This document shows, piece after piece, positions 27,219 through 32,000 of a DNA stretch of 32,000 bases (its first letter is position 1; the number at the start of each line of letters is the position of its first letter). The stretch is from NCBI GenBank assembly GCA_963831235.1, contig CAWHPS010000035.1, positions 44,725-76,724 on the forward strand, in the 5' to 3' direction. Both the position numbers and the translations under genes were made by a program. This stretch comes from an uncultured Fibrobacterota bacterium (GTDB lineage Bacteria > Fibrobacterota > OXYB2-FULL-49-7 > JAEUSG01). Under the pieces are notes generated by a model. The model worked only from the letters and a program-made list of their open reading frames with translations, was not told the origin of the DNA and made no database searches.

Positions 27219-28838
27219 TTGATCGACATATCCAACATAACAAAAACAATGGGCGGTGTGGATTTATACACGGACGCCTCTTTTCAGATATATCCCGGGG
27301 AAAAGATAGGGCTTGTTGGTCCCAATGGGGCTGGTAAGACCACCTTTTTCAGGATGATTGTGGGAGAGGTAAGGCCGGATAAAGGCGCAGTAAGCATCCA
27401 GAACAATGTGCATATCTCGTACTTTGCTCAGAATGTAGGGGAGATGAGAGGCCGGACTGCTCTTGAGGAGGTGATTTCCGGCCACCAAAGAGTCAGCGAA
27501 CTGGTTGACATTTTAAGAGGCTATGAGGACAAATTGAGCGACCCTGATCTTGGATCAGACGAAATGGAAACCATCCTGGAAAAAATGGGCAACGCACAGA
27601 CTGAATTCGAGAAACTGGGAGGGTTTGATATTGAAAACCGCGCACAAACCATACTTACGGGGCTTGGCGTTTTCCCGAATGAGCACCATAAACCGGTTCA
27701 GGATTTCAGCAGCGGATGGAAAATGAGGATTGCGCTTGCAAAAACACTTATCCGTATGCCTGATTTGATTTTAATGGACGAGCCGACAAACTATCTTGAC
27801 ATGGAAACAATATTGTGGCTTGAAGAGTGGCTCAGGAATTTTAAAGGCGCAATTTTAATGACCACTCATGATCGCGATTTCATGAACAGGGTGATAAAAA
27901 AGATTGTTGAAGTGAAAAACGGCAATGTAACCACTTTTTCCGGCAACTATGACTTTTATGAACAGGAAAAACGTGTCAGACTCAAACAAAACGAGGCTGA
28001 AATAAGCCGTCAGCAAAGCATGCTGAAGACTCAGGAGGAATTCATCGCCAGGTTCAAAGCCCGCGCCAGCCATGCGTCTCAGGTCCAGTCGCGGATCAAG
28101 ATGCTCGATAAGATTGAAAGGGTCGAGGCATTACCGGAAGATCTTGAGATGAAGATCTTCCTTCCTGAAATACCGCGTGGTGGAAATGATGTAATTACAA
28201 TAAAGGCTCTTTCCAAGACATGGAAAAATGTTGATGGAAGCGATAAGCCTGTTTTTTCAGGTCTTGATGCAACAGTGCTTCGTAAAGAAAAAATAGCTGT
28301 TGTAGGTGTTAATGGTGCCGGAAAATCATCTTTTCTAAAGGTCCTTTGTGGAGAAACAGAACCCACTTCAGGAGAGGTTGTTGTAGGCCCCAGTATTTCC
28401 ATAGGCTATTTTGGACAAAGTACACTCGAATCCCTTGACGATGAAGCAACGGTTTTTGATACGGTCCATAGGAAGCTTCCCGGTGAAAGCGTGGGATTTA
28501 TACGGAATCTGCTTGCTGCCTTTCTTTTCAGGGGTGAAGATGTTGCAAAAAAAGTAAGGATACTTTCCGGCGGCGAAAAAACACGAGTGATACTGGCTTC
28601 TTTACTCTCTTTGCCGCATAACTGCCTGGTGCTTGATGAACCCACAAACCATCTGGACATAAAATCCAGGGAAGTGCTACTTGATACATTGAAACGTTAC
28701 GAGGGGACTCTTCTACTTGTAAGCCATGATCGCTTTTTTTTACGTGAAATAACTAACCGCGTTTTTGAGGTTGATCATGGAAAGATACAGGTATATAATG
28801 GTGATTATAGTTACTATCTAGAGAAAAAACGTCAATAA
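27219..28838 (+). CDS. ABC-F family ATP-binding protein
   Basis: 539 aa, two ABC modules: GLVGPNGAGKTTFF ... FSSGWKMRIALAKTL ... LILMDEPTNYLD; VVGVNGAGKSSFL ... LSGGEKTRVILASLL ... LVLDEPTNHLD. TTG start. Confidence 0.93.
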   Translation: MIDISNITKTMGGVDLYTDASFQIYPGEKIGLVGPNGAGKTTFFRMIVGEVRPDKGAVSIQNNVHISYFAQNVGEMRGRTALEEVISGHQRVSELVDILRGYEDKLSDPDLGSDEMETILEKMGNAQTEFEKLGGFDIENRAQTILTGLGVFPNEHHKPVQDFSSGWKMRIALAKTLIRMPDLILMDEPTNYLDMETILWLEEWLRNFKGAILMTTHDRDFMNRVIKKIVEVKNGNVTTFSGNYDFYEQEKRVRLKQNEAEISRQQSMLKTQEEFIARFKARASHASQVQSRIKMLDKIERVEALPEDLEMKIFLPEIPRGGNDVITIKALSKTWKNVDGSDKPVFSGLDATVLRKEKIAVVGVNGAGKSSFLKVLCGETEPTSGEVVVGPSISIGYFGQSTLESLDDEATVFDTVHRKLPGESVGFIRNLLAAFLFRGEDVAKKVRILSGGEKTRVILASLLSLPHNCLVLDEPTNHLDIKSREVLLDTLKRYEGTLLLVSHDRFFLREITNRVFEVDHGKIQVYNGDYSYYLEKKRQ

Positions 28839-28854
28839 GATAAACATAATTGAT

Positions 28855-28963
28855 CCCTCTCCCGTTCATGGGAGAAAGGGAGTTAAGAAAACCCAGATTA
28901 AAATCAATGTTACAGCACCAGTGACCCCTCTCCTGTAATCAGGAGAGGGGAAAAAGGGGTGAG
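28855..28963. repeat. Two GC-rich palindromic intergenic repeat elements
   Basis: CCCTCTCCC-GTTCAT-GGGAGAAAGGG (28855-28880) and CCCCTCTCCTG-TAAT-CAGGAGAGGGG (perfect 11-bp stem, 28925-28950) followed by GGGGTGAGG. Confidence 0.75.
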
Positions 28964-28972
28964 GTTCAATTG

Positions 28973-29938
28973 TTATTCATTAATCGCATCCATTATATTT
29001 GAATATTGTGCCCTAAGATCGTTTATTTCCTTGGCCCAAAAATTATCACTTCCCCAGTCCGGAAATTTATGCTTGAATTGATAATCGTTCCTTTGCATAT
29101 TGCACCATGCACTGAAATAAATCATCCTCATTGCCCTTAAAGCCTCTATCAATAAAAACGAGCGCGGATCAATATCACGGAATTGCCTGTACCCATCAAC
29201 CATTAAATCAAGATATCGTTTGCTTGCAGGATAAATATCCGGCAAAAGGAGCCAGAAATCCTGTATTGCAGGACCATTCATCATATCATCAAAATCAATT
29301 ATCATTAAACCAGTTTCAGGTCGTTCAAGGATATTACCTGTATGAAAATCGCCGTGAATGCGTATGATTTCTATTTCGTTGAAATATGGGATGACAGTAT
29401 CGATTATCCTGTAACTTATGTCCTTGAACGCCTCCTGACGCGAAGATGTTATGCCGTCATTTAACAGAGCATCAACATAAGGTCTTGTGATTTTATCCGG
29501 CGAAAGTAAAATACGTGCCGGGGCTTTACGAATCTGACCCGCATTATGAAGGCGGGCAAGAAGCACGCCGATTCTCTGCCAGCTTTCATTTCCTTCAATA
29601 TCAAATTGCCGGCCGGCACGCTTTGGAAAGACCGCAAAGCTGATTCCATCAAACATGCCTAGACTCTTGCCATCCGATAGTTTTAAAGGGCAAACAACGG
29701 GTATTTCCATTTCAGCACAGTCAAATATAAAAGCATGCTCATCAAGGAGCGCATCAAATGTCCACCGTTCCGGGCGGTAAAACTTCGCAACATAGGAAAC
29801 CCTGTCTTCTGTTTGAATTTCATAGACCCGGTTAATGTAACTTGGAAAAGGACGGATTAAAGATGTAAGCCTTACGCCAAGTGCGTTTTCAAGTGCTGGA
29901 AGAAAACGATCCGGTGTTAATGATGAAAAGTCATTCAT
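28973..29938 (-). CDS. SrkA/YihE-like serine/threonine protein kinase
   Basis: 321 aa: YINRVYEIQTEDRVSYVAKFYRPERWTFDALLDEHAFIFDCAEMEIPVVCPL...IRIHGDFHTGNILERPETGLMIIDFDDMMNGPAIQDFWLL. Confidence 0.9.
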   Translation of the reverse strand: MNDFSSLTPDRFLPALENALGVRLTSLIRPFPSYINRVYEIQTEDRVSYVAKFYRPERWTFDALLDEHAFIFDCAEMEIPVVCPLKLSDGKSLGMFDGISFAVFPKRAGRQFDIEGNESWQRIGVLLARLHNAGQIRKAPARILLSPDKITRPYVDALLNDGITSSRQEAFKDISYRIIDTVIPYFNEIEIIRIHGDFHTGNILERPETGLMIIDFDDMMNGPAIQDFWLLLPDIYPASKRYLDLMVDGYRQFRDIDPRSFLLIEALRAMRMIYFSAWCNMQRNDYQFKHKFPDWGSDNFWAKEINDLRAQYSNIMDAINE

Positions 29939-30053
29939 AAGGAATGGTAAGATAATTTATTTCTTAACACACTAACCTTTTTATTTGAGTTTGCAACTAA
30001 TCATCGTCTATATTTTAAAGCTGATCACAATAAACTTAACAGGAGTATTTTCC

Positions 30054-31154
30054 ATGGATAAAATACGTATAGGTATCATTGGCATGGGCTCAATGGGCAA
30101 AGGTCACTATTCAAACATCAAAACCATCCCTGAGTTCGAAATCACAGCGCTCTCTGATGTTAATCCGGACTCTCTTAAAGATTATAAAGAGACCAAATTC
30201 GAAAAGCCTGAGGCACTCATCAATTCAGGGCTTGTTGATGCGGTCGCGATTGTCACTCCTCACTTTAGTCACGTTCCTCTGGCCACAGAAGCACTTAAAA
30301 AAGGGCTTCATGTACTGGTTGAAAAGCCTGTTGCTGTTCATGTCAATGAGGTACGCGGACTATTAAAGGCACATACTGATAAAAAGCTCAAACTTGCGGT
30401 AATGTTCAACTGTCGGACAAATCCACCCAATGCGAAAATAAAGCAAATGATTTCGTCCGGCGAACTTGGCCGGTTGCAGCGGGCTTCAATGATTGTTACG
30501 GACTGGTACCGCCCCGAAGCCTATTTCAAGTCAGCCGGCTGGCGCGCCACCTGGGCTGGCGAGGGTGGTGGCGCGCTTCTTAATCAATGTCCCCACAACC
30601 TCGATCTTTTCCAATGGTTTGTTGGAATGCCTTCACGCATTACAGCCAATGTAGGGTTCGGTAAATTTCACGACATCGAGGTTGAAGATGAGGTATCAGC
30701 ACTTCTTGAATTCCCAGGCGGTATGACAGGCGTATTCATAACCTCAACAGGTGAAGCTCCCGGAACCAACCGCATTGAAATCGCTGGTGACAAAGGAAAG
30801 CTCACTCTTGAAAATGGGGTTCTTTCTTTTGTCCGCAACGAAATTCCCACATCAGAACATTTAAAGACAACTACGGAACGGTTCGAGAAACCTGCGGTCT
30901 GGAATGTGGCAATCCCGGTCAGGGAAATCGGTTTTAACGAGCAACATCAATCCATTCACCGCAATTTCAAAGATGCGATTCTTAAAGACACTCCCTTAAT
31001 TGCACCTGTTTCCGAGGGAATGGCATCTCTCGAGCTTGCCAATGCCATGCTGCTTTCAGGTTTCCTCAAAAAAACCATAGACCTGCCTCTTGACGGCGAT
31101 TGTTATTTTACCGAACTGCAAAAACGCATGAAGACCTCACGTTTTAAAGCATAA
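30054..31154 (+). CDS. Gfo/Idh/MocA-family oxidoreductase
   Basis: From ATG 30054 (AGGAG upstream): MDKIRIGIIGMGSMGKGHYSNIKTIPEFEITALSDVNP...HVLVEKPVAVHVNEVRGLL. Confidence 0.93.
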   Translation: MDKIRIGIIGMGSMGKGHYSNIKTIPEFEITALSDVNPDSLKDYKETKFEKPEALINSGLVDAVAIVTPHFSHVPLATEALKKGLHVLVEKPVAVHVNEVRGLLKAHTDKKLKLAVMFNCRTNPPNAKIKQMISSGELGRLQRASMIVTDWYRPEAYFKSAGWRATWAGEGGGALLNQCPHNLDLFQWFVGMPSRITANVGFGKFHDIEVEDEVSALLEFPGGMTGVFITSTGEAPGTNRIEIAGDKGKLTLENGVLSFVRNEIPTSEHLKTTTERFEKPAVWNVAIPVREIGFNEQHQSIHRNFKDAILKDTPLIAPVSEGMASLELANAMLLSGFLKKTIDLPLDGDCYFTELQKRMKTSRFKA

Positions 31155-31170
31155 AAAAGGAGCTGATACC

Positions 31171-32000
31171 ATGAAATTCGCAGGCTTTGTTGATGAAGTT
31201 TCTCCAGAACTTGATATTCAAATCGCACTTACCCGTGAACTGGGTTGGAGCGGCATTGAAATGCGGAATGTTAATGTTAATGGCAAGACAGTTCATTTTG
31301 ACGATGTTGATGACGCTACATTTGATAAAATGTATGGAATGCTTCAGGATGCAGGTATTTCCATAATCAGCTATGGTTCACAGATTGCCAATTGGTCGCG
31401 TAAAATAACGGGTGACTTTGAAAAGGATCGAGACGAACTTATTCGGATAATTCCGCGCATGAAAAAGACCGGGACAAAATTGGCCCGCGTCATGAGCTAT
31501 CCTAATGATGGCTGGGATACAGCTGTCTGGAGGACCGAAGTTCTCCGTCGTATAAAGATATTGGCAAAAATCGCTGAAGATGGCGGTATTATTCTGGCCC
31601 ATGAAAATTGCTCCGGTTACGGTAATTTGAATGCTGAGGCAGCAGTTGATTTGGTTACATCAGTCAATTCACCCGCATTCAAATTGATTCATGACACCGG
31701 AAATTTCTGGGAAACAGGTTATGATGCATTGGAATTTTACCAGGCAACTAAAGCGTATGTGGTTCATATCCATATTAAGGATTACAAAAAAGACCCGACT
31801 AATAAATATTATGTCCCTTGTTTTCCAGATGAAGGTGAGGGTCGCGTAAAGGAAACAGTTGCTGTTATCAGAAAAAGCGGTTATGACGGCTGGTACACAA
31901 TGGAACCTCATATCACGGCTGTTGCTCACATGGGAACGCAGTCAACTCAAACCGAACTTAATTACGATATGTTCCTGAAGTATGGGAAAATGTTCGAATC
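31171..32000 (+). CDS. Sugar phosphate isomerase/epimerase (xylose isomerase-like TIM barrel), partial
   Basis: ATG 31171 (AGGAG upstream): MKFAGFVDEVSPELDIQIALTRELGWSGIEMRNVN...ILAHENCSGYGN...LIHDTGNF...VHIHIKDYK; continues past the right edge. Confidence 0.9.
   Translation, partial: MKFAGFVDEVSPELDIQIALTRELGWSGIEMRNVNVNGKTVHFDDVDDATFDKMYGMLQDAGISIISYGSQIANWSRKITGDFEKDRDELIRIIPRMKKTGTKLARVMSYPNDGWDTAVWRTEVLRRIKILAKIAEDGGIILAHENCSGYGNLNAEAAVDLVTSVNSPAFKLIHDTGNFWETGYDALEFYQATKAYVVHIHIKDYKKDPTNKYYVPCFPDEGEGRVKETVAVIRKSGYDGWYTMEPHITAVAHMGTQSTQTELNYDMFLKYGKMFE

Noticed and set aside
1-32000. Searched for CRISPR arrays, tRNA/rRNA genes, phage modules, toxin-antitoxin and defence systems
   Set aside because: No regularly spaced repeats or recognisable RNA genes or defence proteins were seen by eye; only the repeats listed above are evident.

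Overview
The window looks like a chromosomal segment rich in metal(loid)-handling genes. Left part, mostly on the minus strand: a type-II P-type ATPase running off the left edge, a YqhA-like membrane protein, an isolated flgB-like gene, and a small-multidrug-export/VTT-type gene. The last is flanked by two ~680-bp direct repeats that each contain the 5' part of flgB. Next come a frameshifted ISL3-type transposase, a Tat-secreted DUF362 protein and a CzcCBA/CusCBA-type RND efflux operon. The most interesting region is 15.0-21.8 kb. An ISKra4-like insertion sequence (perfect 19-bp TIRs, 9-bp target duplication) sits in what was an ~84-bp divergent intergenic region, immediately upstream of a compact operon: arsR - hgcA - hgcB - arsC - Trx-fold-like protein - CcdA-like protein - acr3. 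hgcA/hgcB are recognisable as the mercury-methylation pair (GINVWCAAGK cap-helix motif; 2x[4Fe-4S] ferredoxin with Cys tail). The arsC has an in-frame UGA exactly at its catalytic cysteine, followed by a small stem-loop, so it is a strong candidate selenoprotein that ORF callers truncate. The right part is ordinary: DMT transporter, Amt/PII, YncE-like beta-propeller, ABC-F, SrkA-like kinase, Gfo/Idh/MocA oxidoreductase and a sugar-phosphate isomerase/epimerase. All calls come from reading the sequence; no database search was run.
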